From: Ignavibacteriota bacterium
Lineage (GTDB): Bacteria; Bacteroidota; Ignavibacteria; Tepidaquicellales; OLB5
DNA length: 64,000 nucleotides
Assembly (NCBI GenBank): GCA_003820375.1
Contig: RPQH01000010.1
Coordinates: forward strand, 1,814 to 65,813
Direction: 5' to 3'
Shown: in pieces, positions 48,616-58,770 of the stretch
Numbering within the stretch: the stretch's first letter is position 1
Layout: each line of letters opens with the position of its first letter
Translations under genes and position numbers: made by a program
Notes under the pieces: generated by a model
Database searches by the model: none
What the model saw: only the letters and a program-made list of their open reading frames with translations
Told to the model about the DNA's origin: nothing

Positions 48616-50088
48616 ATGATACCTTCAAGATTTTTATATGTTATTAATTCTCTAAACAAAGAAGATTTTAAGCTTTTAGGGAAGTTTCTTTATTCTCCTA
48701 TGCATAACAGCAACAAAAATGTGATTAAGCTGTACCAGTATTTGAAGCAAATATATCCCGAATTTCAGAGTGAAAAGCTTAAAATGGAGCTTATGTATAA
48801 GAAAATATTTCCGGAGAAGATCTATAATGAAAAAATTATAAGGAATTTAATATATGAATTCTGCTTTAATGTTGAGAAATTCTTATCCTATATAAATTAT
48901 TCACATAGTATAATTGTATTCCAAAAACATCTCCTGCAGGAGTTAAGTGCCAGAAAACTCGACCGCCTTGTAAAAGAAAACCTTAGGAGTGCAGATGAGC
49001 TTTTATCGACACAAAAGATAAAAGACGAAGACTATTATAACATCAAAGTATTTTTAGAGGAGACAAGATTATTAAATGAAATGAAAGATGTTCCAATGGG
49101 AAAAAGCCTTGTCCTTTCAAACATCAGAAAAGAATATGTGAAAAGTGCATCTAACTATTTCTTACTTGTAATTTTGAGAACATATTTCGAAAAAAAGAAT
49201 TCCGATGAGCAAATAAAATCTGATGTTGAAATAGGATTTGCAGAATATCTTTTGAAATTTCTTGATGATAAAATTGAGAATTATAAGGACGAAACGGTAA
49301 TTTACCTGTTATACAAATATCTGAAGCTTAAAGAAGATACTGACACAAATGAATTTTACAACCTTAAGAATCTCACGATTTCAAATAAGGAAAAATTATC
49401 TGCTTCTTATTTTAAAGACTTCATTCTTGAGCTGTATAATTATTGTAAAACTCAGGAACGTAAAGGCAATAAGATATTCGGATACGAAAGTTTCGAACTC
49501 ATAAAATATATGCGTGATAATAACCTGCTTCTTGAAAACGACGGGATTATTCTTGAACATAATTATACCAATACTGTAGCTACTGCAATACGTTTAAAAG
49601 AAATTGACTGGGCTTTGGACTTCATTAAAAATTTCAAGGATAAATTACCCGAAAAGATAAGAGAAAATACATATTGCTATAATATGGCAGCGGTTTCTTA
49701 TATTACTTCTTCAATGTTGAATAATGATGAAAGACTGGTATACCTTGATAATGCACTGAATTTTTTAGCAAAAGTTAAAACATCAGATTTCTACTCAATG
49801 ACCAGGGTAAATAACCTGCAGCTGTTTATATTCTATGAAAAAAATGACTTTGATCCGATGTTTAATTTAATTGATGCATACAGGCACTTTCTTCACAGTA
49901 ATAAATTAATACCCGATGCGTTAAAGAACCGTTATTCATGCTTCATCAATTTTATGAGCCGCTTAATAAATATTAAGTCGGGTTCCAAAAATGCATCAAT
50001 TGAAAAACTCAAGCTTGATGTAATGAAAGCCGAAACCGAATATAAAAAATGGCTGATTTCACGGATTGAGGAAATAGAGAAAATTTAG
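48616..50088 (+). CDS. Uncharacterised ~490-aa helical protein (predicted N-terminal wHTH plus TPR-like repeats)
   Basis: SLNKEDFKLLGKFLYSPMHN...YKKIFPEKIYNEKIIRNL; paralog of 62598..64000. Confidence 0.8.
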   Translation: MIPSRFLYVINSLNKEDFKLLGKFLYSPMHNSNKNVIKLYQYLKQIYPEFQSEKLKMELMYKKIFPEKIYNEKIIRNLIYEFCFNVEKFLSYINYSHSIIVFQKHLLQELSARKLDRLVKENLRSADELLSTQKIKDEDYYNIKVFLEETRLLNEMKDVPMGKSLVLSNIRKEYVKSASNYFLLVILRTYFEKKNSDEQIKSDVEIGFAEYLLKFLDDKIENYKDETVIYLLYKYLKLKEDTDTNEFYNLKNLTISNKEKLSASYFKDFILELYNYCKTQERKGNKIFGYESFELIKYMRDNNLLLENDGIILEHNYTNTVATAIRLKEIDWALDFIKNFKDKLPEKIRENTYCYNMAAVSYITSSMLNNDERLVYLDNALNFLAKVKTSDFYSMTRVNNLQLFIFYEKNDFDPMFNLIDAYRHFLHSNKLIPDALKNRYSCFINFMSRLINIKSGSKNASIEKLKLDVMKAETEYKKWLISRIEEIEKI

Positions 50089-50102
50089 TTTAAGTAAAAA
50101 AA

Positions 50103-50133
50103 ATAAACAGGTAAGAACAAATTACCTGTTTAT
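50103..50133. terminator. Bidirectional hairpin
   Basis: ataaacaggtaa/ttacctgtttat between convergent genes. Confidence 0.65.
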
Positions 50134-50153
50134 CTGAAGAAGTAACCGCATAA

Positions 50154-50630
50154 CTATTTTTTTGGAGGTTCTAATCCGGGATTTCCTGTGTCGAGTACAA
50201 ATTTCCAATTGCCGACTTTATCTTTACGCCAGATTGTTATATATGTACCGTCTCTTTTTATTTCCTCTCCTTTTTCATTTTTAGCGGTTAATTCATAAGT
50301 CCCGTACGTATATCCCAAATCACCTGACTGAGATACAGCGGCAAATGAAGGCATCCATGTTAATGTAAACGAAGCATCACCTTCCTCAAATAACTTCTTG
50401 ACCCTTTCAATACCTTCTATTGGTCTTGAGTTAGGTCTTAACAATACACCATCATCTGCGATATATTTCAAGAATGCAGCTTCCATGCCGTTTTCTTTGG
50501 AGTAATTGGAGAATTCTATATCTGTCTGCTTTATTGCTTCTTTTTCTTTTTCCGGGTCTGTTTGTGTATAACTATATTGAAATCCGGAGCAGGTTAATAA
50601 TAAACAGAGAAATAAAAAATTTGTTTTCAT
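50154..50630 (-). CDS. Exported NTF2/SnoaL-like (DUF4440) protein
   Basis: SGDLGYTYG, GTYITIWRK..GNWKFVLD. Confidence 0.85.
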   Translation of the reverse strand: MKTNFLFLCLLLTCSGFQYSYTQTDPEKEKEAIKQTDIEFSNYSKENGMEAAFLKYIADDGVLLRPNSRPIEGIERVKKLFEEGDASFTLTWMPSFAAVSQSGDLGYTYGTYELTAKNEKGEEIKRDGTYITIWRKDKVGNWKFVLDTGNPGLEPPKK

Positions 50631-50680
50631 AATATTTATCTTTTATTAAGTTAGACAGGCAGGAGAGAAGAGTGTGACAG

Positions 50681-50856
50681 AAGGTTCATAAAGTTCATAA
50701 GGTTCATAAGGTTCATAAGGTTCATAAGGTTCATAAAGTTCATAAGGTTCATAAGGTTCATAAAGTTCATAAAGTTCATAAAGTTTGTAAAGTATTATAA
50801 ACCTTATAAACCTTATAAACCTTTTAACCTTACAAACTTTATAAACCTTATAAACT
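50681..50856. repeat. Head-to-head nonamer arrays (A[A/G]GTTCATA)n / (TATAAAC[C/T]T)n
   Basis: About 12 units followed by about 7 inverted related units; same family as 7855-7919. Confidence 0.92.
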
Positions 50857-50861
50857 AACTG

Positions 50862-51326
50862 CTATTTATAAAAATCTATTAAGTCCTTAAAAAAGCTTTT
50901 CCAATGTATATTTCTTTTAATAAACACATCTTCATCGCTTTCAAATTCAGATTCTTTTCTGCTAGTCTCGTAAAATAGTTCAATTTGTTGAATTTCATTT
51001 TTATTCAGCCAGATACCGCCGCAGTTAGTGCATTGGTCAATTAAGATTTGTGACGAATAGCCATATTCCTTACGTTCCATTTCTGCATCGCACTTTGGGC
51101 AATTGATTGCAGGAGCTGATTCCTGTTTTGACATTTCATATGCTTCTTCTATGTCATCAGGCAGGTTTGATAAGTTATTTTTATAATCATCCGTTATCAT
51201 CGATTCAATTTGCTCGAGTTCGCCTTTATCAAGGAACATTCCTTCGCATTCAGGACATACATCTGCAGTAACAATTGATTCGTATTTTTGATTTTCTAAT
51301 TCTGTTTTATCTATTGGACATTTCAT
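50862..51326 (-). CDS. Tandem zf-TFIIB-like zinc ribbon protein
   Basis: CP..D.CPEC.G.FLDKGEL and CPKC...IDQCTNCGGIWL. Confidence 0.85.
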   Translation of the reverse strand: MKCPIDKTELENQKYESIVTADVCPECEGMFLDKGELEQIESMITDDYKNNLSNLPDDIEEAYEMSKQESAPAINCPKCDAEMERKEYGYSSQILIDQCTNCGGIWLNKNEIQQIELFYETSRKESEFESDEDVFIKRNIHWKSFFKDLIDFYK

Positions 51327-51387
51327 AAATGGTAATTTAATTATTTATAACAAATTTAACTGTTTCTTTCAAAAAATAAAAGATTTT

Positions 51388-51828
51388 CTAAGGAATATAT
51401 CTCATCTTATAATAATTTTCATTTTCGTCATATATTACAAATCCTAATCTTTGGTTAAGTTTCCAGGACCCTTCATTAATTTTTAAAACCTGGAGTATGA
51501 TTGGCTTGCAATTTGCAGATGCATTATTTTTTAATTTATTGATTAAATCCGAGCCAATACCATTATTCTGATACATCTTTACAATATATAACTCACATAA
51601 TTGAATATTTTCTTCATCGTCTTTTATTACATATACTCCGATAGAAGCATTTTCACATTCTATAATGAATAAGCCATCTGTATTAAAATCCTTTTTATGA
51701 TAATTTATTTGAAACTCTTCATCCCATCCCCATACCTGTTCAACATATTCTTTGAATGCATCTTTCTTAATTTCATATGTTATTGAAATATCATCTAAAG
51801 TTGCCGGTCTTAGAGTATATTTTATCAT
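51388..51828 (-). CDS. GNAT acetyltransferase
   Basis: YQNNGIGS, LQVLKIN, QRLGF. Confidence 0.88.
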   Translation of the reverse strand: MIKYTLRPATLDDISITYEIKKDAFKEYVEQVWGWDEEFQINYHKKDFNTDGLFIIECENASIGVYVIKDDEENIQLCELYIVKMYQNNGIGSDLINKLKNNASANCKPIILQVLKINEGSWKLNQRLGFVIYDENENYYKMRYIP

Positions 51829-51870
51829 TATCTAATTTACAATAATTTGAAAAACAAATATCTGGAAAAA

Positions 51871-51989
51871 AGATTTACTGACTATACTGATTAAACTAAT
51901 AAAGCGGTAGTATGGTTACCGCACTCCAAAATTTTATTTGCTTATTCATTTGTTAAATCATAATAATCAGTGAAATCTGTGATTCAGAC
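51871..51989. repeat. Decayed AATCAGTG-family inverted repeat with a nested REP-like palindrome
   Basis: aatcagtgaaatctgtgattcagac (cf. 53661-53685); aaagcggtagtatggttaccgcactccaaa at 51901-51930. Confidence 0.7.
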
Positions 51990-51991
51990 TT

Positions 51992-52684
51992 TCATACTTT
52001 TTCCAAAACTTTCTCTGCTAGCATTCTTTTTCTTTCATTATATTTATCATCAGATGGAGCACGTTGTAAATATTTTTCAAGAACCGGTGCAGCATATTTC
52101 ATTTCTTCTCTTGCGGGTTTAAGGTCAATTTCCTGTAATGCAAAAAGTGTGTAATAAAATGGGAATCTTTTCCACTTTCCTTTGCCGTCACGCATTTTAT
52201 TGAGTATCTTCATTCCATTCATCAATAATTTATTTGCGTCAGCATTACATTGAGCAGACAAATTTCTCCAGTACGATACTGAACATTTAGCACAGCAGTA
52301 ATATCCATCAGGAGTGTTGACGCCTCTTTCTCTTGCAGTTTTTATTGCAGTAGATAGTCCGGCTTGAGCTTTATCCAATGCCTCGGTGATGGATTTATGT
52401 TTCCCATTTAATAAAGCAAGAGCTCTGCAAGCTTCTTCACCTGAAAAATGAGAGATACCTGCACCGGAAGTAATTTTTTCTCCTGTAAAAAGTATATGTC
52501 CATTCTTATAATCAAAATCAGTTGGAGCAAACATACCCCAGTATGAACCGTGCAATCCCTGGCGAGAAGCAATCCATTTCGCTGCTTTTTCTTTATCTGA
52601 AGAAGAAATCTTTTTACCGTAAAAATATATTTCGTTGATGTTATCCAATGTTATGGATAAGCTTTGCGGGTTAATTATATTCAT
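51992..52684 (-). CDS. Hypothetical protein with CCxxC motif
   Basis: GYYCCAKCS, RDGKGKW..FPFYYTL. Confidence 0.75.
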   Translation of the reverse strand: MNIINPQSLSITLDNINEIYFYGKKISSSDKEKAAKWIASRQGLHGSYWGMFAPTDFDYKNGHILFTGEKITSGAGISHFSGEEACRALALLNGKHKSITEALDKAQAGLSTAIKTARERGVNTPDGYYCCAKCSVSYWRNLSAQCNADANKLLMNGMKILNKMRDGKGKWKRFPFYYTLFALQEIDLKPAREEMKYAAPVLEKYLQRAPSDDKYNERKRMLAEKVLEKV

Positions 52685-52786
52685 AAGCTTTGTGTTTGAT
52701 TTACTGCAATTTACAAATACAAAGTTAAAATATTTAGAGAAAAAAAAGTATGTTTAAGTTCAAGGAATATAGGGATATTTTTACAT

Positions 52787-53506
52787 ATGAAAATAAAAGC
52801 AATTTCTTTTGATTTCTGGAATACATTATTCTATGATTACAAGATGGAATACAACCGTCATAATGCAAGGAAGAAGTATTTTAGAAAGATTCTCGATAAA
52901 CACGGTCATGTACCGGAAATGGACCTGGAACCGGTTTTTAAATACTGCTGGGATTATTTTGATAAAGTGTGGAAAACCGAACATAAAACCCGCAATGCAC
53001 GCGAGTTACTTGATTTAAAATGTATCCAGCTTGGTATAACATTGCCTGAAGAAGACCTTGTGGATATAGCAAAGTTTTTCGAAGAGATAATGCTTGAGCA
53101 TCCTCCGAATTTGTTTGAAGGTGTTAAGGAAATTCTTCCAAAGCTTGCGGAAAAATATAAACTGGGAATTACTTCCGATACGGCGTATTCATCAGGCAGA
53201 GTGCTGAAAATCCTCATGGAACGTAATGATATCTTAAAATATTTTACTGCCTTCACTTTCTCCGATGAAGTAGGTTGCTCAAAGCCTGATGGAAATGCAT
53301 TCCGAAGTACACTGGTGCAATTTGGTGTTAAGCCTGAAGAGGCGGCACATGTAGGTGATAATGAATACACCGATGTCGGCGGAGCAAAGAAAACAGGAAT
53401 GTCAGCAGTTTGGTTCAAGGGTGCCTATGAAAGAGAATCGTATGAAACTATTGCGGATTATAAAGCAAATGATTGGACTGATTTAGCCAGGATATTTGAG
53501 GTGTAA
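52787..53506 (+). CDS. HAD-family hydrolase
   Basis: FDFWNTL, ITSDT, KPD, HVGDNEYTD. Confidence 0.9.
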   Translation: MKIKAISFDFWNTLFYDYKMEYNRHNARKKYFRKILDKHGHVPEMDLEPVFKYCWDYFDKVWKTEHKTRNARELLDLKCIQLGITLPEEDLVDIAKFFEEIMLEHPPNLFEGVKEILPKLAEKYKLGITSDTAYSSGRVLKILMERNDILKYFTAFTFSDEVGCSKPDGNAFRSTLVQFGVKPEEAAHVGDNEYTDVGGAKKTGMSAVWFKGAYERESYETIADYKANDWTDLARIFEV

Positions 53507-53694
53507 AAATTTTCTGTCTGAATCACAGATTACACTGATTGGACCACTGACTACTCAGATAAGAAACTTTTACATCATGTAAACAAATTAGGTGCCTGTT
53601 TTACTAATGAGGTTTTTCTGGGATATAAAATATTATGTTTTTTATCTGTGAAATCCAAATAATCAGTGTAATCTGTGATTCAGACAGAAAATTT
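53507..53694. repeat. 34-bp perfect inverted repeat around a 120-nt spacer
   Basis: aaattttctgtctgaatcacagattacactgatt / aatcagtgtaatctgtgattcagacagaaaattt. Confidence 0.95.
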
Positions 53695-53779
53695 CTATCC
53701 GGTTAAATCTTCATTTTTATACTTTCATTTCTGAAACTATGCATTATATTAAAGAACCTAACAACAAAAAGGAGGAATT

Positions 53780-55066
53780 ATGAAACGTATACTCCTGTTG
53801 ATTTTTATTGCGCTAACGTTTACTTCATTCAATTTACTATTCTCGCAAATTTCTTGGTATTCATATAATACAGGTGCATCAGGAAAAATAAACTCACTTT
53901 ATTTTTTTTCAGCCAGTACGGGATTTTGTACAAGTGAAGACGGCAAAATTTTACGAACAACAAATGGTGGCCTTAACTGGAGTGTTCAATATACAACCAG
54001 TACACATGCGTTAAAAGGCATCACATTTGTAAACTCATTATTTGGCTTTGCTGGTACAATGTCTAATTCTTCAAATTCAACGATACTTTTGAGAACCGTA
54101 AATGGAGGTAATAACTGGGAGCAGGCAAGTACATTTTCTGCGGGGATTAGTTTGGATAAGATTGTATTTTTTGCAAATGAACTTCATGGTTATACTTATA
54201 ATGATAATAGATATATGGGATCTGCAATTTACAGAACAAACAGCGGTGGTAATAATTGGAATTATGTATATGGTCCGGTAGGGGGTTATTATACATCCGA
54301 TATATACTTCATCAACTTAAATACCGGGTGGTGTATAGGAGGAAGGTACAATATACCATATCAGGGAAATATTCAAAAAACAACTGACGGCGGTGTAAAT
54401 TGGACCTATTTAGGTTTTATTTACCAGGGAATTAATCCTTATGTTTTGTATAAGATTTATTTTTATGATGAAAATACAGGATATATGGTAAATAGTTATG
54501 GCAGTATAAGAAAAACCACTTCATCCGGTCAAACATGGACAGCTCTTGATTCAAATTCAGCATATCAATATAAATGTATATATTTTATAAATTCACAAAC
54601 AGGTTATTGCGGAGGCAATGGAATTATTAGGAAAACCACCAATGGCGGAATAAATTGGATTAATAATTCCGTTAACGGCAATATATATAATATTAGATTT
54701 GCTGATAATAATACGGGGTATGCTGCAAGTGACAATGGCATAATTTATAAGACAACAAACGGCGGTATAACATCAACTCAAAAAATAAACGAGAATGTTC
54801 CAACTAAATATTCTCTTTACCAGAATTATCCGAATCCATTTAATCCCGAAACCGAAATAAAGTTTGATATAACGAAAGCCGGAAATGTATCTCTTATGGT
54901 TTATGATGTTAACGGTAAACGGATTGCGTTTTTGGTTGATGAAGATATGAATCCAGGAACGTATAGTGTTAGATGGAATGCTGCAGGGCTTTCAAGCGGA
55001 GTGTATTTTTATTTATTAAAGACTGACTATTTTACTGAAATGAAAAAAGCTTTGCTTGTGAAATAG
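53780..55066 (+). CDS. T9SS-sorted BNR/YCF48-like beta-propeller protein
   Basis: Repeated TTNGGxNW; QNYPNPFNP C-terminal domain; RBS aggagg. Confidence 0.88.
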   Translation: MKRILLLIFIALTFTSFNLLFSQISWYSYNTGASGKINSLYFFSASTGFCTSEDGKILRTTNGGLNWSVQYTTSTHALKGITFVNSLFGFAGTMSNSSNSTILLRTVNGGNNWEQASTFSAGISLDKIVFFANELHGYTYNDNRYMGSAIYRTNSGGNNWNYVYGPVGGYYTSDIYFINLNTGWCIGGRYNIPYQGNIQKTTDGGVNWTYLGFIYQGINPYVLYKIYFYDENTGYMVNSYGSIRKTTSSGQTWTALDSNSAYQYKCIYFINSQTGYCGGNGIIRKTTNGGINWINNSVNGNIYNIRFADNNTGYAASDNGIIYKTTNGGITSTQKINENVPTKYSLYQNYPNPFNPETEIKFDITKAGNVSLMVYDVNGKRIAFLVDEDMNPGTYSVRWNAAGLSSGVYFYLLKTDYFTEMKKALLVK

Positions 55067-55075
55067 ATTTATCAG

Positions 55076-56059
55076 TTAATTGCCAAACGGATTTATTCTG
55101 TCACGGTTGAATTCAGGGTTATAGCTGTCACTGCTCTCCATATCCTGTATCCAGCCGTTTTTTAACCCGTATTTCTCCATTAATGCTATTGCTCTTTCAT
55201 ATTCACTAATCCTGAGCTTCCTGTTTATTAGCATGTCCCTTTCTGCATAATGAACAGGGTTATACTGCGACATGAGCGATATATGCACATTTGGGCTTAA
55301 CTCTTCCGCTATAAACCTGAATACATTTTCGGATTCGGACAAATTATTAGGGAGAACAAGATGCCTGATAATAAGCCCTCTAACTACTACATTACCGTCA
55401 TAAATCAATTCATCTCCGACATGCCTGTACATTTCCTTTATTGCTTCTTTTGCTTTGTCAAAATAGTTATCTATTTTAGAGTATTGCCTTGCGATTGCAT
55501 TGTCACCATACTTAAAATCAGGAAGAAATATATCTACGACATCTTCATATAATTTCAATGTATCAACTGAATCATATCCGTTTGTATTGTAAATGATTGG
55601 CAGTCTTAATCCTCTTTCTGCAGCCATGCAGATTGATTTTAATATATGAGCAGAAAAATGAGTAGGGGATACGAGTCCAATGTTATGGCACTTCATATCC
55701 TGCAATTCGAGCATTATATTGGCAAGCCTTTCAAATGAGATTTGATTGTTTATCTCAGTTTTATAGTTCTGGCTTATTTCATAGTTCTGGCAGTAGACAC
55801 ACTTCAGATTACAATTGCCGAAGAAGATGTTGCCTGCACCATGTGTGCCTGTTAAAACCGGCTCTTCACCGAAGTGAGGGGTATATGATGATACTACCGG
55901 CAATCCACCGCTTACGCATTTGCCAGGCTCATTGTTAATACGGTCAACTTTGCAATTATGCGGACAGCAATTGCAGGAGTTAAGAATGCTGTATGCAATA
56001 TCAGCACGTTTCCTTAACTCTCCAGAATGCAATAACTTTATATACGACGGCTCATTCAA
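55076..56059 (-). CDS. Radical SAM protein (PflX-like)
   Basis: CNCCPHNC, HFGEEP, CNLKCVYCQN, IIRHLVLP. Confidence 0.88.
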   Translation of the reverse strand: MNEPSYIKLLHSGELRKRADIAYSILNSCNCCPHNCKVDRINNEPGKCVSGGLPVVSSYTPHFGEEPVLTGTHGAGNIFFGNCNLKCVYCQNYEISQNYKTEINNQISFERLANIMLELQDMKCHNIGLVSPTHFSAHILKSICMAAERGLRLPIIYNTNGYDSVDTLKLYEDVVDIFLPDFKYGDNAIARQYSKIDNYFDKAKEAIKEMYRHVGDELIYDGNVVVRGLIIRHLVLPNNLSESENVFRFIAEELSPNVHISLMSQYNPVHYAERDMLINRKLRISEYERAIALMEKYGLKNGWIQDMESSDSYNPEFNRDRINPFGN

Positions 56060-57011
56060 GCTTTTTGAGGTTCCTTTTCCACCCTTTATACTTTGTTCTC
56101 TTTACAGGTGAATCTGCAAATATAGCATTAAATTCTTCTTCTGTTAAAGCCGAAAGTTCTTCCTTTGTCTTTCCCTTCAGCTCTTCTTTCATATAAAAAT
56201 CAGCGTCATCAGTTACAATATCCTTATGATTGAACGGGCATACATCCTGGCAAATATCGCACCCGTAAATCCAACCGCTTAAGTCAATATATCCGGGAAT
56301 ATCATCCTCTTTGTTTTCTATTGTCTGGTACGAAATGCAAAGGTTAGAATTAATTTTATAATCATCTATCAATGCACCGGTTGGGCAGGCGTTAATGCAT
56401 ATATTACAATTCCCGCACATATCTTCTACCGGTTCATCATAAATATCGAACTCAATATTGGTAATAATATCCGACAAAAACAGCCATGAGCCATACTCCG
56501 GATTTATGATATTTGTGTGTTTTCCCTGCCACCCGATGCCCGCTTTAACTGCCCAGGCTTTATCCATAATTGGACCATCGTCTACATAAAATTTGGTTTT
56601 TATTAGACTTAAGTGCTGTTTTTCCGTATTTTGCGGTTTTGGAGTAATAATCAAAGATTCTATAAACCTGCTTAGTACTTTTAGCTTTTTTTTGATGATT
56701 TTGTGATAATCTTTCCCCCATGCATAACGGGAGATTTTAGGCAGGTTTTCGCTGTGTTCATATGGAGTATTATAATAATATGCTAATGAAATCACAGATT
56801 TTGCATCTTCCATAACCAACCTGATATCTTTTCTCTTATCGAAGCCTTTTTCTATCCATTTCATGTCAGCATCGTACCCAAGCTCCAGCCATTGCCGGAG
56901 TTCATCTGATTCTTTTTCCAAAATCTCAGCTCTTGCAAATCCTGTCTTTACAAAACCAAGCTCTTCTGCTTTGCTGCGGATGGATAATTGTATGTTATTA
57001 TCTATTAGCAA
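56052..57011 (-). CDS. queG: Epoxyqueuosine reductase
   Basis: SRYAWGKDYH, CGNCNICINACPT, CISY, GCDICQDVCP. Confidence 0.93.
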   Translation of the reverse strand: MLIDNNIQLSIRSKAEELGFVKTGFARAEILEKESDELRQWLELGYDADMKWIEKGFDKRKDIRLVMEDAKSVISLAYYYNTPYEHSENLPKISRYAWGKDYHKIIKKKLKVLSRFIESLIITPKPQNTEKQHLSLIKTKFYVDDGPIMDKAWAVKAGIGWQGKHTNIINPEYGSWLFLSDIITNIEFDIYDEPVEDMCGNCNICINACPTGALIDDYKINSNLCISYQTIENKEDDIPGYIDLSGWIYGCDICQDVCPFNHKDIVTDDADFYMKEELKGKTKEELSALTEEEFNAIFADSPVKRTKYKGWKRNLKKLE

Positions 57012-57047
57012 TATTAGTTTGTAAAAATATTTTAGTATCTAAATAGA

Positions 57048-57076
57048 AATAGAGATTTGTAAACCAAATCTCTATT
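57048..57076. terminator. Hairpin between 57117..58520 and queG
   Basis: aatagagatttg/caaatctctatt. Confidence 0.5.
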
Positions 57077-57116
57077 ATTCCAAATCCATTTATTTCTTTC
57101 CGCTATCTGTTATCTG

Positions 57117-58520
57117 CTATTTGTTATCGCCTGAATCTCCTCCCGGAGGTATTGTCTTGGCAATTTTAATAGAACGTACAACTGCTTCTACGTACGGTTT
57201 ATACTTTTCAAACTTGTCTTTATTTATATCAGCATTTACAAACAGGTTCTTCGTGCCGGTGGCATCTGTAAAAATAAAAAATTTGTATTTAATTATATTC
57301 GACCCTGTTAATGCAGGGTCAGTTGAAAATGCAGTTTCGGTACTGTCATCCATTGCAAAAGTATTTTTATACGTGGTCTTGTTAAAATTAGAGTGTTTTG
57401 GATCATCCACACCTATAATTATTGTAACAGCACCTGGGTCTTCACTTAATGAATCTGTATTTATAATTACACCGTTAAATTCATTCTGGGAAAGATTAAT
57501 CTCCCGGTTATCCCTGTATTTCCAGTTCAGGGGATACCACATCTGTAAGCCAAGTGCGTTTGGAGGTACGAATCTCTTTAATGAGTCCGGTAAATTCAAA
57601 CGTGTTGAGTCACCCATTTGAACTGCAAGCAATGAGTCGTTGTATCTTTTCAGAGAATCTGCTGTATTTGTCTTCGTTAGACTCGTTGTATCTTCTTCAG
57701 TTGTTTTAGGTCTTATTATCTTTGGCTTAACATTTTTAGGCGTAATCTTTGGTCTGACATCTGTAGTGTTAGTACCTATATCTCCGGCATCGTTTTTAGG
57801 TTCCTCTCCCGGAAGCTGAACATTCGGCGGCGGCGGGGTTTCCGGTAACTGTATGTCTTCAACAACCACAATCCTTTGCTGCTGAGAAGGGTCGATTGCA
57901 TCATCCTTTGTTACCGCAAAAGTATACAAGAGCCATAAAGCAATAAAATGTGCAATAATAGAAACAACAATTCCGCGTTTTAAATAAGGCTGATATAATC
58001 TTTTTAATATCTGCAGGTCTGAACGCCTGGTATCTGTAGTAAGATAGGGTTCTGTTACTATCGTTTGCTCATCAACTGTTTTTATAACAACGGGTTTCTC
58101 ATATTCAACGACCTGCGGCTTTCCATCTCCGGTTGGAGTTATTGCAGCCAGCTCTTTATCTGTCTCCGATGTTTCTTTAATTGAGTCTTCAAGTTCCTCA
58201 GTCGTTATTTTTTCAATATGAGTGAAAGCAGGGTCGGGCTGACCTTTAATTTCAATTTCAGCATTTGTCTTCAGGTCGATTAGTGTTGCCGGGACTGCAA
58301 AGCTGTAATCCTTCTTTGAGCGGAACTCGGAGCATATAGCAATAGTAATATCGGCAAACTTGCTTTCTACTTTCAGGTTTGGATGGTTACATGTATTGCG
58401 TTCATGGCCGGGATGATTAGAGCCGTTGAAAACACAATCAATATTAATGCACCTAAGATGTTTTACCGTTTCTCTTTTATTATTATTATCAGAAATATTA
58501 TCGTTCTTAATTTTGTCCAA
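57117..58520 (-). CDS. Single-pass membrane protein: N-terminal Cys motif, TM helix, Pro-rich linker, globular C-domain
   Basis: CINIDCVFN..C..CSEF; GIVVSIIAHFIALWLLY; PETPPPP; TTG start. Confidence 0.75.
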   Translation of the reverse strand: MDKIKNDNISDNNNKRETVKHLRCINIDCVFNGSNHPGHERNTCNHPNLKVESKFADITIAICSEFRSKKDYSFAVPATLIDLKTNAEIEIKGQPDPAFTHIEKITTEELEDSIKETSETDKELAAITPTGDGKPQVVEYEKPVVIKTVDEQTIVTEPYLTTDTRRSDLQILKRLYQPYLKRGIVVSIIAHFIALWLLYTFAVTKDDAIDPSQQQRIVVVEDIQLPETPPPPNVQLPGEEPKNDAGDIGTNTTDVRPKITPKNVKPKIIRPKTTEEDTTSLTKTNTADSLKRYNDSLLAVQMGDSTRLNLPDSLKRFVPPNALGLQMWYPLNWKYRDNREINLSQNEFNGVIINTDSLSEDPGAVTIIIGVDDPKHSNFNKTTYKNTFAMDDSTETAFSTDPALTGSNIIKYKFFIFTDATGTKNLFVNADINKDKFEKYKPYVEAVVRSIKIAKTIPPGGDSGDNK

Positions 58521-58770
58521 AAGCTATATTATTATTAGTAAACTCCTAAAATAACTGTATTTTATTAAATATGAGATGCCTAAAGTTATAACATATTTAC
58601 AGGTTAAGAAGTTTTTTTTGCAAAAAATAGTCAAAATTCCGTTTATAAACCTTTTATTTATAATACAATAAAAGGGATAATTATGTTTCATGAAATGAAA
58701 AAGCCCGGGACAACCCTGTACTCGTCTTTGGGATACCTCGGAAATTCTCAGCAATAATTTTTGATAACAA

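Noticed and set aside
57121-57621. Plus-strand 166-aa ORF, representative of many short antisense ORFs in the track
   Set aside because: Lies fully opposite a longer, motif-supported gene
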